From Okeania sp. SIO2C9 (GTDB lineage: Bacteria > Cyanobacteriota > Cyanobacteriia > Cyanobacteriales > Microcoleaceae), in assembly GCF_010672455.1 (NCBI RefSeq), contig NZ_JAAHGO010000007.1, forward strand, positions 306,659 to 338,658: DNA of 32,000 bases. The letters run 5' to 3'. The position numbers were made by a program, and so were the translations under genes. Every line of letters starts with the position of its first letter. Position 1 is the stretch's first letter. Under the pieces are notes generated by a model. It was given only the letters and a program-made list of their open reading frames with translations. It ran no database searches and had not been told where the DNA came from. Below are positions 9,621 through 20,494 of this stretch, in pieces.

Positions 9621-11363
9621 TCAATACTGAGCTACAACACAAGTTGATTTGGAAGCTGACTTTGGTGAAACTAAAGCAACTACATGAGGAACAGGATGTG
9701 GAGTATACCTGACTAAAGATTTACCTTCATAAACTAGAGACGTACTAGCTCCAGAATCTAACATAACTGCATCCCGAAATCTTACTTGTGCTAAAAGTTG
9801 AGCAAGTTTAACGGAACCAACTCTTTGATAGGATACGCCAATAATAGGTTAACCACTACGATGAATGCCCCAAAATGCTCGGTGACGAGGTTCATTAAAC
9901 TTGAATAGTTCACCAAAAGTTTCTGCTGGTTGTGGTTGATAATTTCTCACTAAAAATGCAGCTCCCACAAAAGCATCTGTAAAATTTTGCATCTCTGCTT
10001 TTATGCCTTTGATTGTATTGTGATTTTCGGGATTAAAAGGAATAAAATTTACTTGAGCATTACTAATTAATACTAGCGGACTATTCTTTAATTTATTATT
10101 GTCATAGCTATCTCCAGGCACAAATTTTTTTGTATTCTGACTAAAAATCGAACCAATTACTTCGTTATAATCTAGTTTTTCCAGAGAAAAAAATACTCCA
10201 TCTACTCCAGCGATCGCCTGATGTTTTGCCAGAATATCTTTGACTTGATACCGACTATCTGCATGAATAGTTATTGGTTTTCCTCCAGAAATTAAAATTA
10301 ATGGAATTCCTTGAAGAGTTATTTCATTTTTGATAATTTGACCAGTAAAATCAAACCCAAATTTCCAGGGAGGTAATTGTAATCCACCAAAAGTTTTTGC
10401 AATTGCCTTTTTTAATCCTGATTGACCAAAGCGGTCTATTGCCAATAAACTTTTTGATTTATTGCTAAAGATATTTCTATTATTTTCCATTGTTAGTGCT
10501 GCTTCATATCCCCCTACTTTTACCCAAGCACTAACACGCTCATCATATTTACCTTCTGGATAAGTAAAATAGTTAATTTTTATTCCTAATTTTTTCTCTA
10601 AAATTTGCTTTGATTTGAAAATTTCTGCTTGTAGTTCTCGGTCAGATAATTTAGTTAAATCTTTGGGATGAGTAACACTATGGGAAGCAATTGTGACTAA
10701 TGGATTTTTTGCCATTTCTTGCAATTGTGACCAACTGAGAGTAGAACGACCAACTATTTTGCCTTCTACTTTGTCTGTATATACTGAGAAAACTGCTGGA
10801 TAATTATATTTTTTGAGTAGGGGATAAACTATTTCATAATGACCAATATATCCGTCATCAAATGTCAGAACTATTGGTTTTTCTGGTAATGCTTCTCCTG
10901 TGCGTAAATGCTGAATTAGTTGGTCTAAACTAATGGGTGTTACTCCACTTTCTTGAATTAATTCAAGATGCTTTTCAAATTGTTTTACTGTGACATCAAA
11001 AGAAACTTTTTTCTTGGGCAAAATATCGTGATACATCATTACAGGAACTTTCCCTAATCTTGCTCGTTCGTGAATTATCGGCCAAGGATTGGGTATAGTA
11101 TTAGCAGCAACAATTGTTTGTTCTCCCAGTGTTGTAATTAAGTTAGCTAATCCCATTTCTGGATTCGTCATCCAGTTAGAAATAGTTAGTAACTTATTTA
11201 CTGAATTATCGACTGATATTTCTGATAATTGAATATTGTCATTGTTGCAAAATTGAAGAGATTTTAAATTAGAAGTAGTTTGAGCAACTATTGGTTCTGA
11301 AAATATTCCGATTAATAGAGTTAAACTCAGATATAAACTGAATCGATTGTGATTTTTAGCCAT
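9621..11363 (-). pseudogene. Secreted polysaccharide deacetylase (NodB-like) fused to a phosphodiester glycosidase (NAGPA/DUF2233-like) domain; interrupted by one in-frame TAA at 9849-9851
   Basis: MAKNHNRFSLYLSLTLLIGIFSEPIVA signal; PVMMYHDI, LTFDDGY; HRAFWGIHRSG * PIIGVSYQRVGSVKLAQLLAQVRFRDAVMLDSGASTSLVYEGK...VAQY* in the same frame. The supplied ORF 9849-11588 ends at the TAA and its first ~75 codons are probably noncoding. Confidence 0.8.
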
Positions 11364-11406
11364 TTTTAATATTTTTTTTAAGGAACAGAAAAAGCAAATT
11401 ATCAAG

Positions 11407-11455
11407 AAAGGCAGAAGGCAAGAGGCAGGAGGCAGAAGGGAGAAGGCAGAAGAGA
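11407..11455. repeat. Short heptamer-like (AGGCAGA/AAGGCAG) repeat tract
   Basis: 'gaaaggcagaaggcaagaggcaggaggcagaagggagaaggcagaagag'. Confidence 0.7.
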
Positions 11456-12140
11456 ATTCTGACTCCAGCTCTCGCTGCCCGTGACCGAAGGGAACAAGGG
11501 AATTAAACCCAAAATAAAAAGATAAAAAATGACAATCTAGTTTGAATTCATCTAGATATTTGAAAAATACCAATAAAAAGAATAGCAAGATTTTTTAGAC
11601 AGTTTATCAATACTTTTATTTGTTTTAATCAATGTATAACAGCCAACAAAAATAGGAATTAAGTGTTTAAAAAAAAGTTAACAATAGATTAATAATTTTT
11701 GATATTTCACCGAAAAATTTGGGTAGTTACGCCTCCTCTTTTAAGAGGATAAAAAGCCCTCAAGCGATGGCGAGTTATCCTCCCCATATCTAATGGACTA
11801 AGAGAAAAGAAGATTCCGTATTTTCTTACCTCCTTATTGCAGAGGTACTGGTAACTGATAACTGATAACTGAAATTACACCAGCCTCATCAAACCTTTAC
11901 CTAAAGTTGAGATATAATTAACCTAATTAATTGTAATTCGTAAGCATTTAGCTGTTAGTTCTTATCAGGGAGTCTTAATAAATATAGACTGTTTCAGCCA
12001 GCTTTTATAGTAAGTATAAATTCTGGCTCAATTAGTAAAGTTTTTATCTAAAACTAAAAGCCATAGCTGATAGCTGATAGCTGACTGCTGTTTGCGCAGC
12101 ATTCCGGAGGAAATGCTTACTATAATTGTGGAGAAAAAAA

Positions 12141-13274
12141 ATGAAATTTAACCGTCGTTATTTCCTAATTTCTCTCGGCAGTGCATTAGGATTAGCTTTT
12201 AATTCTTGCAAAAATTTCCAGCAAACCCAGACTACAAACGCCGAAAATTTTAACTCTCAAATTCCCGCAAATCAGACTATTTCTCCCTCATAAATATCAA
12301 CTCCATCAACACCAGCTCCTCCAGGAATGTTTGCACCAAAACGAGGAGATATTCGACTCGTAGTTATCAGTGATTTAAACAGTAGTTATGGCTCCACAAC
12401 TTACCAACCACAAGTAGAAAAAACTATTCCTTTAATACCTGAATGGCAACCAGATTTCGTGCTTTGTGCAGGTGATACGATCGCCGGACAAAAACAGTCA
12501 CTTACTGAAGAAAATATTCAAGCTATGTGGGATGGTTTTGACCGTTATATTGCCACACGATTACGTCAAAGAAAACAACCTTTTGCTATTACTATTGGCA
12601 ATCATGATGCTTCAGGTTATTTCAAAAAATCTGGGGATGGATATAAATATGAAAAAGAGCGCAGACAAGCACAACTTTATTGGAGCAAACATCAAAATGA
12701 TTTAAACATAAATTTTCTAGAAGCAGATGGATTTCCTTTTTATTACAGCTTTCTCCATAAAGAAATTTTTTATTTAATTTGGGATGCTTCTATGCTTCGG
12801 ATTCCTAAACAACAATTAGAATGGGTAGAAAAAAGTCTCGCAAGTAGTCAAGCACAAACAGCAAAAATGCGAATTGTCATGGGGCATTTACCTTTTTATG
12901 CTGTTGCTCCTACTAAAAATAAAATGGGTGATGTTTTAGCGAAAGCTGATGAGTTACGAACTATGCTAGAAAAGTATAATGTTCACCTATATATTAGCGG
13001 TCATCATCATGCTTATTTTCCTGGTTATAAAGGTAATTTGAAGTTGCTTTATTCTGGTGCTTTAGGTAGCGGTCCGCGTACTTTAATTGGTAGTAAGTTA
13101 TCTCCCAGAAATACTTTGACAGTTGTTGATATTAATCTAGAGCAAAATAAGAGTTTTTACACAACCTATGACATGAATACTTTAGCAGTGGTTAATCCAC
13201 AGGAGTTACCAGAAAAAATTACAGGTTTAAATGGTTGGGTTTTACGAGAAAAAGAAGTAATGTTGCCTAGTTAA
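12141..13274 (+). CDS. Calcineurin-like metallophosphoesterase with Tat/lipoprotein-like leader, interrupted by in-frame TAA at 12291-12293; intact downstream ORF 12327-13274
   Basis: VVISDLNSSY, GDTIAG, TIGNHDASG, VMGHLPFYA, SGHHHAY motifs; upstream in-frame MKFNRRYFLISLGSALGLAFNSCKNFQQTQ...QTISPS*ISTPSTPAPPGMFAPKRGD. Confidence 0.85.
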
Positions 13275-14220
13275 AAAAATTGGGATAATCTGACATACTG
13301 TCTATCGAGGTAATTTAAAATTACTTGATTCTAGAGCTTTAGGTGGGGTCCTGCTGTTGATATTAATTTAGAGGAAAACAAGAGTTTTTATGCTACCTAT
13401 GATCTGAAGACTTTAGTAGTGGTTAACCTACAGAAATTACCAGAAAAAATTACAGGTTTAAATGGTTGGGTTTTGCCGGAAAAAGAAACAATGTTGCCTA
13501 GTTAGAAAAAATCAGGAGAATCTAAACACACTGTCTATCGAGGTAATTTAAATTACTTACTCTGGTGTTTCAGATAGGAGTCTGCATAATTTAATTAGTA
13601 CTAACTTATCTCCCAGAAATACTTTAACAGTTCTTGATATTAATTTATGGCAAAACAAGAGTTTCTACATAACAGGTTCCGAACATTTTAGCAGCGGTTA
13701 ACCCACAGGAGTTACCAGAAAAAATTACAGGTTTAAATGGTTGGGTTTTACGGGAAAAATCAGCAATGTTGCCTAGTTAGAAAAAATCAGGAAAATCTAA
13801 CACACTGTCTATCGAGGTAATTTAAAATTACTTGTTCTAGAGCTTCAGGTAGAAGTCTGCATAATTTAATTAGTACTAACTTATCTCCCAGAAATACTTT
13901 GACAGTTATTGATATTAATCTAGAGCAAACCCAGAGTTTCTACACAACAGGTTCTGGAGACTTTAGCAGTGGTTAACCTACAGGAGTTATCAGAAAAAAT
14001 TACAGGTTTAAATGGTTGGGTCTTGCGAGAAAAATAAACAATGTTGCCTAGTTAGAAAAAATCAGGAAAATCTAAACACACTGTCTATCGAGGTAATTTA
14101 AATTACTTGCTCTGGTGCTTCAGGTAGGATTCTGCGTAATTTAATTAGCACTAACTTATCTCCCAGAAATACTTTAACAGTTCTTGATATTAATTTAGGG
14201 CAAAACAAGAGTTTTACCGA
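13275..14220 (+). repeat. Degenerate tandem copies of the metallophosphoesterase 3' end (period about 233-276 bp)
   Basis: 'ctgtctatcgaggtaattt' at about 13298, 13531, 13805 and 14081; each unit carries a version of 'TVLDINLEQNKSFYTT...NPQELPEKITGLNGWVLREKE.MLPS*'. Confidence 0.8.
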
Positions 14221-14803
14221 ATAATTAAGGTAAAAAAGCTTTTATGTAAAGAAGAAATAAATCCCAAAAATCCCCTTCGTCAATCCTATCGGTTTTTAGG
14301 AGAAGTAATTATCTTTTTCTTTATGAGTTTAATATCCCACCTGAAAGGGTGTCTATAAACCCCAATCAATTGTAGACACAAAGTGGTTTGTCGAAGACTA
14401 TTCCCATTCACTTTTGCCTTCTTCCTTCTCTCCTAGATAACTAAAGCCTTATTACTTTTTACTTCTTCTTTCTTATACCAATTAACTTTAGGAATGTCAC
14501 AAATAGTTTCCAAGTTTAAATTTCAAATAATTGCCCGAAACTATCGTCTTATCAAAGTTTTTAGTCGATCAAATCTAACTTATAACCTCAGCATTCAGCC
14601 ATTAGCGGTCAGCTTTCCTCCTCCGGAGGAACTACGTTAACAGGAATTAATAGTTTGAGGATTTGAGTAATATTGAGTTTGAGTCGTGAGCAAGTAGCTA
14701 ATTTATTTCATAATTTTAATTCTGTTAAATATTTCAATTCTGATTCCTCAAAAAAGCGCAATTAAGTTAATAGCTGATGCCTGTATAGCTGACACCTGAA
14801 TCC

Positions 14804-15000
14804 TTACCGAATTATTAATAATTAATAATTAATAATTAAATAATTATGGTTTAAAGCCTCCCCTTTTAAGGGGAAAAAAGCGGTCGAGGGATGGCGAGGT
14901 CTCGGAGCCATATCCAATCGACTCCTGTGAAGAAATCAGATCTCCTTATATTCAATCAAGAGCGGTTTTAACCAGAGGTAATTATCAATTAATGAACTTC
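14804..15000 (-). repeat. Repeat element family B (reverse orientation) containing the 'ggatatggctccgagacctcgccatcc' module
   Basis: 'ttaccgaattattaataattaataatt...gcctccccttttaaggggaaaaaagcggtcgagggatggcgaggtctcggagccatatccaatcgactcctgtg...gaggtaattatcaatta'; same module at about 31445-31515 on the opposite strand. Confidence 0.7.
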
Positions 15001-15533
15001 TAACTTCTGCCTTCTGCCTTCTTCAATAACTGTTAAAACTACCTATGAGCAGTAGTTAATTCACAGGAATTACCAAAAAAAATTACAGGTTTAAATATAG
15101 TAATCCTAAATTGGTTGTGAAAATTTTTATAATAGTTAATTTGAACTGAAAACATTAGTAAATTCTAACTCCTGACTCCTGACTCGTAAGCATTCAGCCG
15201 TCAGCTATCAGCTATCAGCTATTGCTTTTAGTCTAGGATCAAAGCAATATTTAATTGTCTTACTACAAAAGTTGACTCCTTTACCCTTAAAGTCAGTTGT
15301 TAATTTAAATACTGTCCTTAAGGAGACATTCTTGTTGCTGATAGCTGACAGCTAATAGCTGAATGCTTACCCTGACTCCTGACTCCTAACTCCTAACTGC
15401 CACCAAAATATTACAACTTAAATAGGATTGCTATAGTTAGGTTTTGCGGAAAAAAGAAACAATGTTGTCTAATTAACAAAAATCAGGATAATCTGACATA
15501 CTGTCTGTTGTAAATCATTTTTGGCAATCTATT

Positions 15534-16769
15534 ATGGCAACAATTAACGATAATTACCTCAAACTTAAAGCAGGTTATCTCTTTCCAGAAATCGCCCGTC
15601 GAGTAAATACCTTCGCTGAAGCTCACCCAGAGGCCAAAATTATTAAACTAGGTATTGGGGACGTCACCGAACCCCTGCCAGAAGCTTGTCGTCAGGCCAT
15701 TATTAAAGCTGTAGAAGAAATGGGCGATCGCTCAACTTTTAAAGGTTATGGCCCAGAGCAAGGTTATGGTTGGTTGCGAGAGAAAATTGCGGCTGAAGAT
15801 TTCCAAGCTAGGGGATGTGATATTGATGCCTCGGAAATATTTATTTCTGATGGATCTAAGTGCGACACTGGTAATATTCTCGACATTTTTGGTCACGATA
15901 ATACTATTGCAGTTACTGACCCAGTTTATCCGGTGTATGTGGATACTAATGTAATGGCAGGTAATACTGGAGATGTGAATGAGAAAGGAGAATATGAGGG
16001 TTTAGTTTATTTACCCATTACCGCAGAAAATAATTTTACTGCTGAACTTCCCACTCAAAAAGTAGATTTGATTTATCTGTGTTTCCCGAATAACCCTACT
16101 GGTGCCACTGCCACAAAAGAATATCTCCAGACTTGGGTAAATTATGCAAAAGCAAATAATGCGATTATTTTATTCGATGCTGCTTACGAAGCATTTATTA
16201 CTGATGCAAGTCTTCCCCACTCCATTTATGAAATAGAAGGAGCAAGAGAATGCGCGATCGAATTTCGCTCCTTTTCTAAGAATGCTGGTTTTACAGGTAC
16301 TCGTTGTGCGCTTACTGTTATACCCAAAACTCTCAAGGGGAAAGCTGCTGATGGTAGCGATGTAGAATTATGGAAGTTGTGGAACCGCCGTCATTGCACA
16401 AAATTTAATGGAGTTTCTTATATTGTGCAGCGTGGTGCGGAGGCAGTTTACTCCGATGAAGGGAAAGCACAGGTGAAGGGGTTGATCGAATTTTATTTAG
16501 AGAATGCCAAAATTATTTGTTCCCAGTTACAAGCGGCAGGGTTAACTGTTTATGGTGGTGTGAATGCGCCTTATGTTTGGGTGCAGACTCCTACAGGTTT
16601 GTCTAGTTGGGATTTTTTCGATAAACTGTTGCACAACTGTAATGTTGTCGGTACTCCCGGTTCAGGTTTCGGTGCAGCAGGTGAAGGTTACTTCCGAATT
16701 TCCGCTTTTAATAGTCGGGAAAATGTGAATGAGGCGATGAAACGGATAACTGAGAAATTTAAAGTTTAG
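15534..16769 (+). CDS. dapL: LL-diaminopimelate aminotransferase
   Basis: [63 protein letters not shown]...[17 protein letters not shown] (PLP lysine context). Confidence 0.96.
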   Translation: MATINDNYLKLKAGYLFPEIARRVNTFAEAHPEAKIIKLGIGDVTEPLPEACRQAIIKAVEEMGDRSTFKGYGPEQGYGWLREKIAAEDFQARGCDIDASEIFISDGSKCDTGNILDIFGHDNTIAVTDPVYPVYVDTNVMAGNTGDVNEKGEYEGLVYLPITAENNFTAELPTQKVDLIYLCFPNNPTGATATKEYLQTWVNYAKANNAIILFDAAYEAFITDASLPHSIYEIEGARECAIEFRSFSKNAGFTGTRCALTVIPKTLKGKAADGSDVELWKLWNRRHCTKFNGVSYIVQRGAEAVYSDEGKAQVKGLIEFYLENAKIICSQLQAAGLTVYGGVNAPYVWVQTPTGLSSWDFFDKLLHNCNVVGTPGSGFGAAGEGYFRISAFNSRENVNEAMKRITEKFKV

Positions 16770-16883
16770 GTAGGCGATCGCTAAAATCAGTATTAGTAGG
16801 ATGGGCAAATCTTCAGTTATGGAAAATATTTCTAACTGAAGCAACATTTGCCTACCTATTTGTCAATCAAATGGAAAAACTAT

Positions 16884-17504
16884 ATGTCTTTTAGTAACTA
16901 TAAAAGTATTAGTGCAGTTATCCAAGAATTTCAAATTACCTACATTGAATCTGATTTTATTTTAGAGACAGAATTTAGCATTCCTGAATATTTCAGAAAT
17001 GATATAGAAATAGTTATGCGGGAAGGAATAGTTGATAATTCAAAATTTGCTATCTGTGAAAATTTAATTTATCCAGTTTTAAAAGAAGTCTGGAAATCTT
17101 ATTGTAGTAAGTTGATTTTGTGGAGTCATCAGTCGCTGATTTATAACGATAATCTTGCGGATTTTCCAGAATATATTCTAGCGAAACGTTCTCCACTAGG
17201 AAAAGTTGTCTTTGACAAACCTTATTTACTTTTAGTAGAAGCAAAACAAGATAAATTTGAGGAAGGATGGGGACAATGTTTGGCAGAAATGGTAGCTGCT
17301 CAAAAATTAAATGAAAACCCAGAGATGATAGTTTTTGGGATTGTTTCAAATGGCAAAATTTGGCAATTTGGTAAACTACAAGCAAATATTTTTACCAAAA
17401 ATATGACTTTTTATTCTTTTCAAGACTTAGACCAATTATTTGCCGTGGTTAACTATATTTTTCAACAATGTGAACTACAGCTAGTGCCGCTACGCGGAAG
17501 TTAA
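16884..17504 (+). CDS. Cyanobacterial conserved protein, PD-(D/E)XK nuclease-like/DUF, function unknown
   Basis: PYLLLVEAKQDKFEEGWGQCLAEMVAAQKLN resembles a (D/E)-x-K core; the internal Met (MSFSNYKSISAVIQEF) is the likelier start than 16848. Confidence 0.6.
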   Translation: MSFSNYKSISAVIQEFQITYIESDFILETEFSIPEYFRNDIEIVMREGIVDNSKFAICENLIYPVLKEVWKSYCSKLILWSHQSLIYNDNLADFPEYILAKRSPLGKVVFDKPYLLLVEAKQDKFEEGWGQCLAEMVAAQKLNENPEMIVFGIVSNGKIWQFGKLQANIFTKNMTFYSFQDLDQLFAVVNYIFQQCELQLVPLRGS

Positions 17505-17993
17505 AAGTCAAAAGTTAAAAGCGAGTGTGTAATTCTGAGGTTTCCTCAGAATGTAAGACACACTCAAGACAGTCAAAAGTTAAAAGTCAATCATTTTTTA
17601 TTTGTAATTGTTTGAGGATTTTGTAATAGAAACTTGAAAAAATAATGTTACAAATAATAAGCAGTATTAAAATAATTTGTAGGAAATATATATTGGACTA
17701 AAAAGATAAATTACTACACAATAAATGGTATTAAACCTATTCATTCTGACTCCTGACTCCTGACTCCTAAGCAGTAACCTAAATATTTGTAGCAAAGATT
17801 TATCAAACTGGTATAACTGGTCAGTTATTTCTACTATCCTGCACTAGATTCTCAAGTCTCTGTTTAATATTTTATTTAACAAGAATCAAACTTTTCCTAG
17901 GAAACCAAGCCTAGTTGTGTAAATCCTGAGTTAGTATTAAAATAATAAGTATCTATAGCTTTGTTAAATTAAAAACAAACAGATAAAAGTATC

Positions 17994-18584
17994 ATGATTA
18001 ACCCCTTAGAAATAGCCAAATATTTCATTATGCGGGCTTATGAAGATGGTAGAGAAGCTGAAATAACCAATATGAAAGTACAAAAACTTCTCTACTATAG
18101 CCAATGCTTATATTTAGCTCTTAATGATGAACCTTTATTCGCCGATGAAATACAAGCTTGGCGATCTGGTCCTGTTTGTCCTCCTGCTTATAAATTTTAC
18201 AGTAAATTTGAAGCCGAACAATTACCTATTCCAATTCAGGAAAATATGGCAAATTTAACCTCAGAAATCAAGCATATTTTAGAGGAAGTCTGGCAATATT
18301 TTGGCGAATATGATGCTTACGACTTAAGTGACTTAACACACTCAGAATCTCCTTGGAAAAAAGCCAGAAAAGATTTACCTAGTGATGCAAATTCAGACGA
18401 ACCTATACTATTAGAAGATATGCGTTTATTAGGAGAAGAAAAACTTTTAGAAATTGAGAAAGAACATCCTCACTACACATCCATTGTTTCTTATGTTTTA
18501 AACACAGCAATAGAATCTAAGGAAGAACCAGAATATATTCAGCAAGGAGAAGTAAATGACTGGCTCAAATCTCTTCTTGATTAA
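17994..18584 (+). CDS. Panacea-domain (DUF4065/SocA-like) antitoxin
   Basis: IAKYFIMRAYEDGREAEITNMKVQKLLYYSQCLYLALNDEPLFADEIQAWRSGPVCPPAYKFY, characteristic Panacea/DUF4065 sequence. Confidence 0.88.
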   Translation: MINPLEIAKYFIMRAYEDGREAEITNMKVQKLLYYSQCLYLALNDEPLFADEIQAWRSGPVCPPAYKFYSKFEAEQLPIPIQENMANLTSEIKHILEEVWQYFGEYDAYDLSDLTHSESPWKKARKDLPSDANSDEPILLEDMRLLGEEKLLEIEKEHPHYTSIVSYVLNTAIESKEEPEYIQQGEVNDWLKSLLD

Positions 18585-18990
18585 GAAGAATACTAACTTT
18601 GAAAACAGTTTTAAAAAGTTAGTGAAAACCTATAAATCTAAGTCTGAAAAACAGAAGTTTACTCAGGATATTAGTATATACCTCAATAAACTAATCATTG
18701 ACCCTTATCCTCCTCAAGCAAGGGCTGAACCTTTACCAAAAGGTCTTGAATTACCTGATGAATGTCAGTTTTATAAGTTACTTTTAACTATTGGTAAAGG
18801 TACATCAGGAAAAATCAGATTAATGTATTTAGTTTACGAGATGAAAAGAGTAATTAATCCTTTATGGATTTATAATCATCAACAATTTGAAAAACGACCT
18901 CCTGATCGAGATATTAAAGATGTTATTCAAGAAACTTTTGAGGAAAAATCTATTGACAGAGAAACTACTAAAAATGAAATAGTTGCTTGA
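18556..18990 (+). CDS. Putative toxin partner of the Panacea antitoxin (possibly RelE-like fold)
   Basis: ORF overlaps the antitoxin 3' end by 29 nt; KLLLTIGKGTSGKIRLMYLVYEMKRVINPLWIYNHQQFEKRP; assigned mainly by position. Confidence 0.55.
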   Translation: MTGSNLFLIKKNTNFENSFKKLVKTYKSKSEKQKFTQDISIYLNKLIIDPYPPQARAEPLPKGLELPDECQFYKLLLTIGKGTSGKIRLMYLVYEMKRVINPLWIYNHQQFEKRPPDRDIKDVIQETFEEKSIDRETTKNEIVA

Positions 18991-18996
18991 CTATTT

Positions 18997-20357
18997 TTGC
19001 TAAAAGTATTACTTATGAAACCATTAATATTAGATATTTTTTCCGGTGCAGGCGGTTTTAGTCTTGGTTTTAAATGGGCAGGTTGTCAAATTATTGGTGC
19101 TATAGAAATAGATAAATGGGCATCAGAAACTTTTGCTTATAATCATCCAGATGCAGTTGTTATCAATCAAGATATTACGAATATTACTAATAAGGATATA
19201 GCAGGGATTTGGAGTAATAATAAACCACAAATTGTGATAGGAGGTCCCCCTTGTCAAGGATATTCTATTTGTAATAAAAATTCTGGAGATCCTAAAGACC
19301 CTAGAAATAATCTTTTTAGAGAATTAATCAGAATAGCTGTAGTTTTTGAGCCAGAAATATTAATTATGGAAAATGTGCCTAACCTGATAAAAATTAGGAC
19401 TCATTCTCAAACCAAAGTTATTGACATTATTGAAGAGGAGTTTAATAAGATTGGGTATCACGTCTACATAAAAATATTGGAAGCTACAGCATACGGCGTA
19501 CCTCAAATCAGAAAACGTTTATTTATTGTTGCTTCAAAACGGGAACTAGAAAATCCTTTTCCCTTGCCAACTCATGGAATATTAACCAATCAGCAAATGT
19601 CTTTATTTGGAGAAAATTTAAAGTTCTGTCCGACATTATGGGATGCTATTTCTGACTTACCGACCTTGGAAGCTGGTGAAGGAAAAGAAGAGTCAAATTA
19701 TTCCAAACAACCGTCGAATGAATATCAAAAATTGTTGAGAAATGGCAATAAAATTCTGTTTAATCACAAAGCAATGAATCACACTAAAAGAATGGTAGAA
19801 AGATTTGCCACAATGAGTTGGGGAAATTCTGGAAAAGATGCACCAAAACATTTACAACCGCGACAAAGAAACTCTACAAAAATATCTAAAAAAATCTACG
19901 ACCAAAATAATAGAAGACTCCATCCAGATAAACCATGCCATACAATTCCAGCATCATTTTATGCTAATTTTGTTCATCCTTATCAACATAGAAATTTCAC
20001 AGCTAGAGAAGGTGCAAGAATACAATCATTTCCAGATAGTTTGAAATTCATGGGTAAACCAACAGTTGTTAGTCTTAAAGAAGGAAGAAGGAAGAAAGAA
20101 GAAGGAAGAAGGAAGGAAGGAAGGAAGGAAGGAAGGAAGGAAGAAAAAGTGGATGGGGACTCAAACCCCAACCAATTGTAAGCACCCCCGTTTACCGTGG
20201 GGTATTAAACCCAAAAGAAAAAGATGAGCTACTATTGAGAGAAGGTCGTTTAGCAGAAAAACATTTATGTCAATACAATCAAATTGGAAACGCCGTTCCT
20301 CCTTTGTTAGCTAAAGCTATTGCCGATAATATATTAAAACAGTTTTCAATAATTTAG
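18997..20357 (+). pseudogene. C5-cytosine-specific DNA methyltransferase, motif X out of frame after a GGAA/GGAAGAA tract (possible phase-variable OFF state)
   Basis: LDIFSGAGGFSLGFKWAG (motif I), GGPPCQGYS (IV), ENVP (VI), QIRKRLF (VIII), LHPDKPCHTIPA (IX) in ORF 18997-20181; motif X QYNQIGNAVPPLLAKAIADNILKQFSII* in frame 3 ending at 20357. Confidence 0.85.
20078..20147. repeat. Purine simple repeat tract: GGAAGAA-like heptamers followed by perfect (GGAA)8 at 20111-20142
   Basis: Counted directly from sequence. Confidence 0.95.
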
Positions 20358-20369
20358 AATTTAGAATGC

Positions 20370-20485
20370 GCGAATTTAGAATTACCTCTCCTTGAAAACG
20401 GATAGGATTGACGAACAGGAAAATTTTTATTTATTATCCCCTTAAAAGGGAAGGCTTTAAACAACAATCTTTCGGTAAAATAGAG
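20370..20485 (+). repeat. Repeat element family B between methyltransferase and nuclease genes
   Basis: 'aattacctctccttgaaaacggataggattgac...gaaaatttttatttattatccccttaaaagggaaggctttaaa...tcggtaaa'. Confidence 0.65.
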
Positions 20486-20494
20486 CTAAATAAG

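Noticed and set aside
9849-11588. Full supplied ORF start at 11588 for the deacetylase
   Set aside because: The first ~75 residues read through the aggcaga-like repeat tract; the signal peptide-bearing start MAKNHNRF at 11363 is far more plausible.
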